The notes under the pieces were generated by a model. The model saw nothing but the letters and a program-made list of their open reading frames with translations. It made no database searches and had not been told where the DNA came from. Source: a bacterium (lineage in GTDB: Bacteria > Spirochaetota > Spirochaetia > Sphaerochaetales > Sphaerochaetaceae). Taken from it: 64,000 nt of DNA. The DNA lies in the NCBI GenBank assembly GCA_963649615.1, contig CAVJIN010000001.1, forward strand, positions 12,307-76,306, read 5' to 3'. Shown here piece after piece: positions 1 to 9,364 of this stretch. Both the position numbers and the translations under genes were made by a program. Each line of letters opens with the position of its first letter. Positions within the stretch are counted from its first letter, which is position 1.

Positions 1-2023
1 AAGCATAGTAGTCAGCACTTGTTGTTGTCTCAACAAGGTTGATAACTACGTTCTCAGATCCAAGGCAATCTTCAATAACTTTCTTAACTGCCTGAGCTTC
101 TGCTGTGATTGTTGCACTTGGTGAGTAGTATACAACATCAATTGTAATTGGCCATTCAACAGAAGAACCAAGTTCTGCCTTTGCTGCAGCAAGAGCAGCC
201 TTTGCACCAGATGGATCATACCAACCGTTTACACCGTCAGCAACTGTGATTCCAGCACCAAGTTGGTCACAATAGTACTGAACAAGTTCGCCATACAATG
301 TTCCAGCTGCCCATGTCTTTCCATCAACTGTTACATCTTCTGAAAGCTGTACGAACTCTGGATGTGTATACATGTTTCTGAGGTTTGTAAGAGCAAGGTC
401 AGCACCTCTTCTTGTTGCATTGACAGTTTCTTTGTCATAAGCCTTCAAGACAGCCTTTCTGAAATTCTTGTTGAGAAGAGCTGTGTGAGTGTCAATCTTC
501 TGTTCCTCTGTCTTTGGAGATGTTGCTGCGCCACTTGCCAATGCAAATGTACCTCTGTTGAGGTTAAGTCCACCAAAGAAAGATGTGGAAGTTGTATCTG
601 AAATGTAGTGATACTTATCAAAGTTTCCGTCAGCCTTTGCAAGAGCAAGGGTTCCGTTTCCTTCACCAAGACCCATACCTGCATAAACGCCATCACAGAC
701 ATCTTTGTAAAGCTGAGTTGGGTTTTCACCGGCATCATAAATCCATGTAATAGAATCAAGAACTACGCTCTCTGGATCATAGTAGTTAGGATTTCTAACA
801 ACCTTAATGATAGAAGAGTCGTTGAGCTGCTGAAGAAGGAATGCACCACAGTAGACCTGTGAAGAAACATCTGTTGCCTTTCCGTATGTGTATGTATTTA
901 CATCATTGAAAGCTGCTGCATATTCGCTAATTCCGTAAACACCACCACGTGAGAGATAGAAGCTCTCGCAAATTGGCACAAAGCAACTATAGGTAAGCAT
1001 TGTAATGAAGTAGCTTGTTGGCTGTTCAAGTGTAATCTGAAGAGTATACTTATCAACTGCCTTATAACCTACATCATCCCATGAGCCGCCTGCAAGGTAC
1101 TCTGAAACGCCAGAAATTACGCCTTCAACGAGCCATTCAAGACCTGCCTGAGCATCCAACATGTGATGGAAACCAGCTTCAAAGTCTTTTGCTGTAACTT
1201 CAGCATACTTGACACCTTCTGATGTTGACCACCAAGCACCTTCCCTGATGTTGAATGTGTAAACAATGCCATCATCAGATACAGACCAAGACTCAGCAAG
1301 AGCAGGAATCATCTGACCAAGGTTATTGTACTGTACAAGACCATCAACACAGTTTACAAGAATCTCTGTATCTGACTGTGTAGATGTGTTGAGAGTATCA
1401 AGAGTTACAGGAGCCGTGGAGAAGGTTGTTCTGTATTCTTTGTTAATTGAGTGTCCCTTTGATGTGAGATATCCAATAGGATCATACTCGCCTTCACCCT
1501 TAACAGCCTTGTCCCAAAGAGCAAGAAGTTCTTCTCTCTCTGCAGGAGTAAGGAATGTATCACCAGAAATGACTACGCCCTTCCATCTGTCATCATCATT
1601 TCCCCACTGAACATAAGGAACTGTTCTTGGAGCAATTCTAGAGATGGTGTAGGCACCATTCTGTGTTGTGGTTGGGAGCATAACAGCAGAATCAAGGAGA
1701 TAAGCCTCTGCCTGTGCATAGAGGACGAATCTTTCAGAATCTGTAGCAGCTGCCTTAGCTTCCACGCAGAGTTCTTCATACTGGCCAAGAATTGAGTAAT
1801 AAATCTCTTCGTCATCACCACGTACATATGTTGATGGCTTTTCAACCTTTACCTCTTCTTTTGCAGTAGAAGTCTCTGTTTTAGCTGTCTCTGCTGAAGC
1901 AGTTGTTGTGGTAGTAGTAGTTGTTGTTGTAGTTGTTGCAGTCTCAGTTTTTGTTTCTTTCTTTCCGCAAGAAACACCAAGAACAATGAGAACAACAAGC
2001 AGTACTATAGCTAGTTTTTTCAT
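1..2023 (-). CDS. Family-5 (OppA/DppA-like) peptide ABC transporter substrate-binding lipoprotein; C-terminus lies beyond the window edge
   Basis: The minus-strand frame is open from the window edge up to ATG at 2023, with AGGAGG 7 nt upstream. The N-terminus MKKLAIVLLVVLIVLGVSCGKKE is a signal peptide plus lipobox Cys, followed by a poly-Thr linker. The body resembles peptide-binding SBPs. It is absent from the ORF track because it runs off the window. Confidence 0.75.
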   Translation of the reverse strand, partial: MKKLAIVLLVVLIVLGVSCGKKETKTETATTTTTTTTTTTTASAETAKTETSTAKEEVKVEKPSTYVRGDDEEIYYSILGQYEELCVEAKAAATDSERFVLYAQAEAYLLDSAVMLPTTTQNGAYTISRIAPRTVPYVQWGNDDDRWKGVVISGDTFLTPAEREELLALWDKAVKGEGEYDPIGYLTSKGHSINKEYRTTFSTAPVTLDTLNTSTQSDTEILVNCVDGLVQYNNLGQMIPALAESWSVSDDGIVYTFNIREGAWWSTSEGVKYAEVTAKDFEAGFHHMLDAQAGLEWLVEGVISGVSEYLAGGSWDDVGYKAVDKYTLQITLEQPTSYFITMLTYSCFVPICESFYLSRGGVYGISEYAAAFNDVNTYTYGKATDVSSQVYCGAFLLQQLNDSSIIKVVRNPNYYDPESVVLDSITWIYDAGENPTQLYKDVCDGVYAGMGLGEGNGTLALAKADGNFDKYHYISDTTSTSFFGGLNLNRGTFALASGAATSPKTEEQKIDTHTALLNKNFRKAVLKAYDKETVNATRRGADLALTNLRNMYTHPEFVQLSEDVTVDGKTWAAGTLYGELVQYYCDQLGAGITVADGVNGWYDPSGAKAALAAAKAELGSSVEWPITIDVVYYSPSATITAEAQAVKKVIEDCLGSENVVINLVETTTSADYYA

Positions 2024-2167
2024 GTTTTTTCCTCCTGGATTAGAATTTTCCCAAAAAGTATTTGTAAAAGTATACAAAAGTTATTCATTCTAATGCAAGA
2101 AAAAAGAAACAAACGAGTTAAAATTTCGAGAAAAACTGCAAGTTTTTGTGAATATAATTACATACTT

Positions 2168-3190
2168 CTACATATTACTGGGATTAAAACCATTTGGATT
2201 ATTCTTCTGCCACCTCCAAGAATCCTCGCACATTCTCTGAAGGTCATACTTTGTTTCAAACCCAAGAACAGCTTTTGCCTTAGCAGGATCAGCATAGACA
2301 GTGGCCAAATCGCCTGCCCTTCTTTGCCCTATAACATAAGGAACTTTTTGCCCACTAGCGAGCTCAAAAGCATGAACAATATCAAGAACACTAGAGCCCT
2401 TTCCTGAACCAATATTAAAAATTTCACACCCCGTATTCTTGGCAGCAAAACCCAGTGCGTACAAATGAGCCCTGGCAAGGTCTACAACATGAATATAATC
2501 TCTAACTCCGGTTCCATCTGGAGTATCATAATCATCACCAAAAACAGTTAAATGGTCTCTCTTTCCAATAGCAACCTGAGTCACATAAGGCATTAGGTTA
2601 TTAGGAATCCCTTGTGGATCTTCTCCCAAAAGCCCACTTTCATGAGCTCCAACTGGATTAAAATATCTAAGTAGAACTATTGAAAGCTCTGAATCTGCCA
2701 CACAAAAAGCCTTAAACATTTGCTCTGACATATACTTTGTCCAACCATACGGGTTTGTACAATCCCCTGTCTTTGAACTTTCAACTAGAGGCATTTCATT
2801 GTCGCCAGAATAAACGGTAGCACTTGAGGAGAAAACAAGCCTTTTAACATTATGTTCATTCATAACTTCCACAAGTGTCATTGTGGCATCAAGATTGTTC
2901 CTAAAATATTCTAAAGGCTTTCTAACGCTCTCTCCAACAGCTTTAAGCCCAGCAAAGTGGATAACCTCGTCAATGTCACACTCACTAAAGACTTTATCCA
3001 AGGCCTGTTTATCACATACATCTATATTATAGAAGAGAGGCCGTTTGCCAGTGATGATCTTAATCCTATCCAAGGACTCTTCATGGCTATTACAGAGATT
3101 GTCCACAACAACAACGTCATAACCTGCGTTAATTAATTCTACACATGTATGAGATCCAATAAAACCTGTACCGCCAGTTACCAAGACCAT
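2168..3190 (-). CDS. galE: UDP-glucose 4-epimerase
   Basis: N-terminal MVLVTGGTGFIGSH Rossmann motif, an SSSATVYG-type block and a YGWTKY catalytic Tyr-x3-Lys. The ATG at 3190 is preferred over the TTG at 3220 because AAGGGG lies 8 nt upstream. Confidence 0.85.
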   Translation of the reverse strand: MVLVTGGTGFIGSHTCVELINAGYDVVVVDNLCNSHEESLDRIKIITGKRPLFYNIDVCDKQALDKVFSECDIDEVIHFAGLKAVGESVRKPLEYFRNNLDATMTLVEVMNEHNVKRLVFSSSATVYSGDNEMPLVESSKTGDCTNPYGWTKYMSEQMFKAFCVADSELSIVLLRYFNPVGAHESGLLGEDPQGIPNNLMPYVTQVAIGKRDHLTVFGDDYDTPDGTGVRDYIHVVDLARAHLYALGFAAKNTGCEIFNIGSGKGSSVLDIVHAFELASGQKVPYVIGQRRAGDLATVYADPAKAKAVLGFETKYDLQRMCEDSWRWQKNNPNGFNPSNM

Positions 3191-3269
3191 GTTTAACACC
3201 CCTTTATAGAAAACCCTCAAAAATATTCTTATTGAACCAAACTTAACGATATTATATCATAATTTACCT

Positions 3270-4307
3270 ATGAGCGATTACCCTTTGACGTTTAAAACAA
3301 AAAGAATTATTAAACTCAAAAAGAAAATTGATATTGCAGATGTCACAACTGCAACACAGCAAGAAATTGATGAGTATAATCGCTCTGATATCAAAGCCAA
3401 AAGAGTTTTTAAAATTCTCTATAAGCCAGTAAAAAAAGACATCCAAAGAAGAACCTTCATTATTCCTGTTAATGATGGCGCAATTACAGGATATTTGTTT
3501 GAAAAATACAAAGACAGAGCCGTTTCAGGCCAAAGTTCTTTAATTGTCTTCTTCCATGACGGTGGATGGATGCTTGGGAATATGACAAAGTGTGCTGCTT
3601 TCTGTAGCAATCTATGCAACGTCACAGGGGCATCGGTGTTGGCGGTTGATTTTAGACTTGCTCCTAAGTTTAAGTTTCCAATTCCAGTTGAAGATTGCTA
3701 TCAAGCTTTTCTTTGGGCTTATCAAGGCGCTAGATATTGGAGAATAGACCCTTACAAAATTTATCTCATGGGAACCCTGACCGGTGGAAACCTCGCAGCT
3801 GCCGTAAGCAGACTTGCTCGAGACAGAAAAGGCCCAAAAATTGCAGGCCAAATTCTTGTTTCCCCTGTCACAGATGGCAGGATAAGAACAGAAAGTTATG
3901 AAAAATTCAAGGAAGGCCCTTTCTATACCAGTAAAGAAATGTCTTTCTTTATTCAAAATTACTCTCGTGAGCCAAAAGATATTTTGGATCCTCTTTTCTC
4001 TCCGTTGTTGGCTAGAGACAACTCTAGGCTTCCACAAACATTGATATTTGCATCTGAATTTGATCCGCTCTTTGACGATGCAAGATTGTATAGTGAAGTC
4101 TTAAACAGAGCAGAAACACCATCTAAGTTCTTGATGATGAAAGGGATGTTTAATGGTTTCTTGAAATACCCAAGTGCACCAGACTGGTTAGATGTAATGC
4201 TAGCCATTGCCTCTTTTGTGGGAGGAAGAGCAGTAAAAGATGTTGAGATTATGACTAATAAAGAAAGACGAAAACTTGCTCGCAGGCCTCAATTGATTGT
4301 GCAGTAA
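3270..4307 (+). CDS. Alpha/beta-hydrolase fold protein, hormone-sensitive-lipase (family IV) esterase homolog with nucleophile Ser and catalytic His substituted
   Basis: All four family IV blocks are recognisable but altered. HGGG is FHDGGW (codons 3555-3566). GDSAGG is GTLTGG, with Leu CTG at 3777-3779. The DPLxD block is retained. HGF is NGF, with Asn at 4152-4154. Confidence 0.75.
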   Translation: MSDYPLTFKTKRIIKLKKKIDIADVTTATQQEIDEYNRSDIKAKRVFKILYKPVKKDIQRRTFIIPVNDGAITGYLFEKYKDRAVSGQSSLIVFFHDGGWMLGNMTKCAAFCSNLCNVTGASVLAVDFRLAPKFKFPIPVEDCYQAFLWAYQGARYWRIDPYKIYLMGTLTGGNLAAAVSRLARDRKGPKIAGQILVSPVTDGRIRTESYEKFKEGPFYTSKEMSFFIQNYSREPKDILDPLFSPLLARDNSRLPQTLIFASEFDPLFDDARLYSEVLNRAETPSKFLMMKGMFNGFLKYPSAPDWLDVMLAIASFVGGRAVKDVEIMTNKERRKLARRPQLIVQ

Positions 4308-4310
4308 AAA

Positions 4311-5309
4311 TTATTTGTTTGAAACATTTGAAATATTTGGAACGTTTCCCAGCAAAAGTCCTATAGCCTCATGCCTAATTAGAAAATTATTTTCTCCAGA
4401 AGCCGAGAAATAGCAATACCAACATTTTTCATCGGCCTTATAGTGAACATCACAACCTTTAATGTATTCACTTGCCCAACCTTTGTCTGCAGGAACCATT
4501 ATTGGCCCATTTCCACAACGTTGCCAGTTGTAGCCATCATAAGACTTTAAAACAATCATCACTGAAGAGGTTCGCTTTTTTTCTTGATCCCAAAAGACTG
4601 GACACTGGAAGGCATAAAGAAAATCCCCACAAGGAACAACTCTAATGCTACCACAACCAAGGTTTGTCCATTTGTCATCTGGAATAGGCTCAAAAAGAGG
4701 CCTTTCTGGTTTTTGCATTGAATAAGGCCCTGTAATTGAAGGAGCAGAAGCACAAGCAAAATATCTTGAAAACTTTTGTTTTGAATCCGGAAGAACAAGA
4801 TGAGAAGCACCAAAGAACAACCTGTATTCATCTCCGGCTTTAATAAGTTGCGGTCTAGAAATACGTGGGTATTTAAGATAATCACCAGCAAAAGGAATTG
4901 TTCTACTATCCAAAATTGGTCTTGGCTTACTCCACGTAACTAAATCTGTAGAAGTTTTCATCTCAAAACAAGAATAAGAATCGTGCTTGCCTTCTCCAGA
5001 CCGACTATTTAAGAAAGGAATTTTCCCATCATGCTTTTCATACAATAAATAATAATTCTCGTTTTCAATGAAAATAAAAGGAGAATGAGCTCTTGGCTCA
5101 ATAAGTTTGTCCTTCTCCCATGCAATGCCACTATTGGAAACACTATGATGAAGCCCCAATAGAGAATGATAAAACAGGTGCCACTTGCCGTCACATGACT
5201 GTTCTGGCAATAGCACTTGTGGATCACAGAGAGTTGGAGTTAATTTTCCGCCACGAACAATAGGTTCGTCACTAAACGGAAACCAAACACATTTCTCAAT
5301 CTCTTGCAT
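4311..5309 (-). CDS. Beta-propeller glycoside-hydrolase-like protein (GH43/GH130-type fold); family uncertain
   Basis: 332-aa ORF with propeller-like repeats such as DPQVLL..DGKWHLFY and SPFIFIENENYYLLYE. No signal peptide is visible. The call rests on motif resemblance only. Confidence 0.4.
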   Translation of the reverse strand: MQEIEKCVWFPFSDEPIVRGGKLTPTLCDPQVLLPEQSCDGKWHLFYHSLLGLHHSVSNSGIAWEKDKLIEPRAHSPFIFIENENYYLLYEKHDGKIPFLNSRSGEGKHDSYSCFEMKTSTDLVTWSKPRPILDSRTIPFAGDYLKYPRISRPQLIKAGDEYRLFFGASHLVLPDSKQKFSRYFACASAPSITGPYSMQKPERPLFEPIPDDKWTNLGCGSIRVVPCGDFLYAFQCPVFWDQEKKRTSSVMIVLKSYDGYNWQRCGNGPIMVPADKGWASEYIKGCDVHYKADEKCWYCYFSASGENNFLIRHEAIGLLLGNVPNISNVSNK

Positions 5310-5318
5310 TAACTATCC

Positions 5319-5630
5319 TTAATTTTCTTTGGGCTTTTTATTCTTAGGTCTTTTTTTAGAAGAGAAAATAGGAGCGAAAGTTTCTTCTGCATTAACTCTC
5401 TTTGTGTACCATTTAATAAACCTAGAATAAAGGAACCAAGAAAGACCAATGGAAACAAAAAAAACCAAAAGGAACCCAATCAAAATCCCAGTTGGATCAT
5501 CTTCACTAACAACTTGATTCATTATAACAAGACCAATCAAAAAAAATGCAAGCATTAAAACAATGTTCGCTAATGTAGCTAATACCATAAATATTGCAGT
5601 ATTTCTCTTTTTCTTGCCATCATTTGTCAT
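5319..5630 (-). CDS. Small two-TM membrane protein with a Lys-rich tail, unknown function
   Basis: 103-aa ORF with two hydrophobic helices. It overlaps the lspA stop by 11 nt, which suggests co-transcription. Confidence 0.5.
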   Translation of the reverse strand: MTNDGKKKRNTAIFMVLATLANIVLMLAFFLIGLVIMNQVVSEDDPTGILIGFLLVFFVSIGLSWFLYSRFIKWYTKRVNAEETFAPIFSSKKRPKNKKPKEN

Positions 5631-6153
5631 TTTTTTCTTTTCCTTCAGGCTTTACAAAAACCATTGATATCGCTAATAAAGTTACAAAAATAACCACACA
5701 ACTGTCACTAACATTAAAAGTGGGCCATCTCTCCAATCCAAAAAGCCCATAAAATTTTACACTTATAAAATCAACAACTCCAGAATCAAATCTAAAAATT
5801 CTATCAATTATTGTTCCAATTCCACCACCCAAAATTCCGGCTGCAAACCATCTTTGTGCAGAACTAAAAAAATTCTTTTCAGAAACTATTAACCAGCCCA
5901 CAAAAACCATTAAAGCAATGGGGAAAACAATCAGCACAAGAACTCTCATGAAATCAGAACTCTCGGCCCCTAGACTAAAAGCTGCTCCAGTATTTCTTAC
6001 ATGACAAATCCAGAGAAAATCACCAAAAAACGTTTTTGAGATAGTCCCAACTGGAATGTATTTTACCACAAGATACTTAGTAATTTGGTCAAAAATCACA
6101 ATTCCAAGAGAAAGCAAAAAAGGTAAAAACTTCTTTCCTTCAAGTTTCTTCAT
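5620..6153 (-). CDS. lspA: Lipoprotein signal peptidase (signal peptidase II)
   Basis: Motifs DQITKYLV, NTGAAFS, IIDR and FNVSD across four TM segments. The ATG at 6153 is preferred over the TTG at 6165. Confidence 0.85.
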   Translation of the reverse strand: MKKLEGKKFLPFLLSLGIVIFDQITKYLVVKYIPVGTISKTFFGDFLWICHVRNTGAAFSLGAESSDFMRVLVLIVFPIALMVFVGWLIVSEKNFFSSAQRWFAAGILGGGIGTIIDRIFRFDSGVVDFISVKFYGLFGLERWPTFNVSDSCVVIFVTLLAISMVFVKPEGKEKNDK

Positions 6154-6180
6154 TTCCAACCCCAAGACCTCTAAAAGACC

Positions 6181-6951
6181 TTAAATTGAAATTGGCCTGT
6201 CAATAAAACAAGCTTCAAGACCCATTTGAGAGATTTTCTCCATGACGGCCTTCACTCCAAAAACCTCTGTCTCATAATGACCCAAACACATAAGAGTAAA
6301 AGAAGGCTCCTCCATGCAATCATTGAACATTGTGTACCTAGCTTCTCCTGTAATTAAAGCATCCAAGTCCTCACTAAGAGCATCATACATATCAGAAGCA
6401 CCATCTCCAGAGACAATGCCAACCTTCTTGATTTTACGATCTAAATCTCCAATCACAAGAGTTCTCTCATCTCTTCTAACTCCAAGATTGGCAATAATCT
6501 CATCCGCCGTCATAGGTTTTGGCAGGGAGCCTTTTACCCCTACGTGCACTCCACGGAAAAAAGAAAACTGTTCAATATCCTCTATGCCAAGACGCTTGGC
6601 CATTTGCGCATTATTTCCCACCTCTAAATTTGCATCCAACGGAAGGTGGCATGCGAACAAAGCCACATTATTATCCAAAAGCGTCTTTACGCGCCTATAA
6701 TGTCTTCCAGTAATTGCAATTGGTCTTCCCCAGAACATCCCATGGTGCACGAAAAGCATATCCGCACCCTGCTTTACAGCCTCTTCAATTGTAGCCATGC
6801 TAGCATCCACAGCAAACGCAATCTTCTTCACGTCAGCTTCAACATCACCCACCTGAAGGCCATTCAAGGAGATATCCGCATTACTAAAGTCCGATATCTT
6901 TAAAGTTTCTGAGAAATAATCAACCAAATCCTTAACTTTCATGCGATTCAT
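6181..6951 (-). CDS. Nif3-like dinuclear metal-centre protein (YbgI/GTP cyclohydrolase 1 type 2 homolog)
   Basis: Length and motifs fit the family: NGLQVG, FVHHGMFWG and a C-terminal GHYETE. Confidence 0.8.
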   Translation of the reverse strand: MNRMKVKDLVDYFSETLKISDFSNADISLNGLQVGDVEADVKKIAFAVDASMATIEEAVKQGADMLFVHHGMFWGRPIAITGRHYRRVKTLLDNNVALFACHLPLDANLEVGNNAQMAKRLGIEDIEQFSFFRGVHVGVKGSLPKPMTADEIIANLGVRRDERTLVIGDLDRKIKKVGIVSGDGASDMYDALSEDLDALITGEARYTMFNDCMEEPSFTLMCLGHYETEVFGVKAVMEKISQMGLEACFIDRPISI

Positions 6952-6965
6952 TATAATTTATTGAC

Positions 6966-8969
6966 ATGAGTTTTTCCACTACCTACAATTTGCCCATGAA
7001 CCTTGAAGAAATAGGAATTAAAGAACTCTCAGTAGAAGAAGCAAGCTTCTCCTATAATCAAAATACCATTGCCTCTTTTCGCAAAACATGTGGGAAAAAC
7101 GGCATTGTTGGACAACCTCGTGCTTTAAGTGCATTAAGCATGGGAATGAGCGTAAATACAAAAGGCTACAATATTTACATTAGCGGTGAAGATGGAACCG
7201 GAAGACATAGTGCAGTACATCAAATTGCAGAAACCCTTCCAGCTCCAAAAGAGCTTTACGACTTAATCTACGTTCACAATTTTGACAGAAATGAATCTCC
7301 ATTTCTTCTTTTGTTGCCAAGTCCCTATGGAACAGTCTTACAAAACTCACTAAGCGCTGTTGCATCTTTTGTAGATGCAGGACAGTGGGAAAGAGCTCTT
7401 ACAGAAGAAAAAGAGCTTGAAAAAACATTATCAGCTGTAGCTGAGCCCTTACTTCTAGTATTCCTAAGTCAACTTAGAACAGCCTTAGGAAAACACACAG
7501 AAGGCTATAAAAGATATCTTGGCAACCTTATTCACAATGGTTCAAAAACCAAAGTTCGTCCCCTTGTAGAAGAATACCACCCAACCCATGCAAACCTGTT
7601 TGGACAACTTACAAAAAGAGAAGAATACTGTCATTTAAGTCTCTCTGGTGGTTCCATTCTTGATGCAGTAGGAGGCTTTTTTGTAGTAAGAGCAGATAAA
7701 ATTCTTTCTCAGAACACCCTTTGGGAAGACATTAAACTTTTTGCTGAAAGCTCAAGCTTCACAATTCAAGGGCAACCAAATGACAATTTGCAAGACAAAA
7801 TCATCATAAGACCTGTTGTTTCTAAACTCCCAGTAAAGATCATTTTAATTGGCAGTGACACGCTCTATGACAAACTCTGTGACACAGACGAGGAGTTTCT
7901 TAGACTCTTTAAGGTCTCAGCAGAATTTGATTTTTCCATGCCAGCCAACGAAGAGAATATCAAGGGAACAATAGCCTATATCTTAAGTGTCATTGAAAAA
8001 AATTCACTATTACCAATCTCAGATGCAGCTATTTGTGAACTATTAAAATACAGTTCATGGTATGCAGAAATGAGAGGAGAACTCACAACAAGGCTCTCTT
8101 TTATAGGAGATCTTCTCTTTGAAGCAAACTATTTTGCAACTCAAAACAACGCCACAACCATAGATGAAAAATGCGTTAAACAAGCCATGAAGGCAAGAGA
8201 CTTTGCGAACGGATTGACAGAAGAAAAAATCAACAAGGAAATAGAAGAAGGTGAAATGATAATCTCCTTGGTTGGAACAAAAGTTGGAGTAGTAAATGGC
8301 CTTGCTGTCATGGACAGAGGTCTTGCTTCCTTTGGTACACCCACAGTGATATCGGTCTCTGTTGCACCCGGCTCGGAAGGAATTGTAAATATTGAACATG
8401 AGGCTGGCCTTTCCGGGGAGATACACGATAAAGGCCTTCTCATCCTGGAAGGATATCTCAGAAAACGCTATGCACGTTCTTTCCCGCTTTCAATCTATGC
8501 CGGAATTTGCTTTGAACAATCCTATGCAGAGGTAGATGGTGATAGTGCGTCGTCCTCTGAGCTCTTTGCTCTGCTCTCTGCCATTGGAGAGCTTCCTGTG
8601 CGCCAAGATATAGCAGTCACCGGCTCTGTAAACCAAATGGGAGACATCCAACCAGTTGGCGGAATAAATGAAAAGATAAGTGGATTTTTCTCAATTTGTG
8701 AAAAAATGGGCCTTACAGGCAGACAAGGAGTCATCATTCCAAAGCAGAATGTAAAATCCTTAATCTTGCCGGATAACATTATAGAGTCCATTCAAAAGGG
8801 AAATTTTCATATCTACCCAATCACAACTATAGATGAAGGAATGGAAATCTTAACGCTACGTCCAAGTGGAGAGCGCAACCCCAAAGGAACATTCCCACAA
8901 AACTCGGCAAACCGCATTATTGAAGACAGGCTCAAAAAGCTCTACGAACTTTCCAAGCCAGCAAATTAA
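6966..8969 (+). CDS. Lon-like protease (AAA-like N-domain plus S16 Lon proteolytic domain; YcbZ/LonC-like)
   Basis: The C-terminal GDSASSSELFALLSAI block carries the Ser nucleophile, and the PVGGINEKI block carries the Lys. The N-terminal P-loop-like sequence is GEDGTGRHS. Confidence 0.75.
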   Translation: MSFSTTYNLPMNLEEIGIKELSVEEASFSYNQNTIASFRKTCGKNGIVGQPRALSALSMGMSVNTKGYNIYISGEDGTGRHSAVHQIAETLPAPKELYDLIYVHNFDRNESPFLLLLPSPYGTVLQNSLSAVASFVDAGQWERALTEEKELEKTLSAVAEPLLLVFLSQLRTALGKHTEGYKRYLGNLIHNGSKTKVRPLVEEYHPTHANLFGQLTKREEYCHLSLSGGSILDAVGGFFVVRADKILSQNTLWEDIKLFAESSSFTIQGQPNDNLQDKIIIRPVVSKLPVKIILIGSDTLYDKLCDTDEEFLRLFKVSAEFDFSMPANEENIKGTIAYILSVIEKNSLLPISDAAICELLKYSSWYAEMRGELTTRLSFIGDLLFEANYFATQNNATTIDEKCVKQAMKARDFANGLTEEKINKEIEEGEMIISLVGTKVGVVNGLAVMDRGLASFGTPTVISVSVAPGSEGIVNIEHEAGLSGEIHDKGLLILEGYLRKRYARSFPLSIYAGICFEQSYAEVDGDSASSSELFALLSAIGELPVRQDIAVTGSVNQMGDIQPVGGINEKISGFFSICEKMGLTGRQGVIIPKQNVKSLILPDNIIESIQKGNFHIYPITTIDEGMEILTLRPSGERNPKGTFPQNSANRIIEDRLKKLYELSKPAN

Positions 8970-8998
8970 CCTAATTCTTGTGGTATATTTTTTGTGAT

Positions 8999-9349
8999 TT
9001 ACTTTCCAGAATAAAATCTAGAATCCCAATCACTTTCCTTCTTTTTTCTTTCTTCCTCTTCTGGTGCGTGAGTATTCGCAGAGGTGAAATCTTCTGTCTC
9101 CGGATTATAATAATATCTATGCTTGCTCTTTTTGGAGGCTTTCTCATCTTCCTCTTCATATGGATTTACAGGAAGAATGAAACCTAAGATTGCGTAGATA
9201 ACTAAACATGGAAAAACGGCTGTAAAAATAGCTACGAGAATAAATACGAGCCTTACGGCGTCTTCCGAAAAATCTTTCCATTGGGCAATGCCCTTGCAAA
9301 CTCCAAAGATTTCACCATTTTTTGATCTATAAAGTCTTTTTGTTGCCAT
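8999..9349 (-). CDS. pspC: PspC-domain membrane protein
   Basis: KRLYRSKNGEIFGVCKGIAQW followed by a single TM helix is typical of the PspC domain. It sits 15 nt downstream of pspA. Confidence 0.8.
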   Translation of the reverse strand: MATKRLYRSKNGEIFGVCKGIAQWKDFSEDAVRLVFILVAIFTAVFPCLVIYAILGFILPVNPYEEEDEKASKKSKHRYYYNPETEDFTSANTHAPEEEERKKKESDWDSRFYSGK

Positions 9350-9364
9350 TTTATTTTCCCTTTC

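Noticed and set aside
1908-2093. Poly-valine ORF (MVVVVVVVVVAV...)
   Set aside because: It is the antisense reading of the poly-Thr tract and signal peptide of the minus-strand lipoprotein gene.
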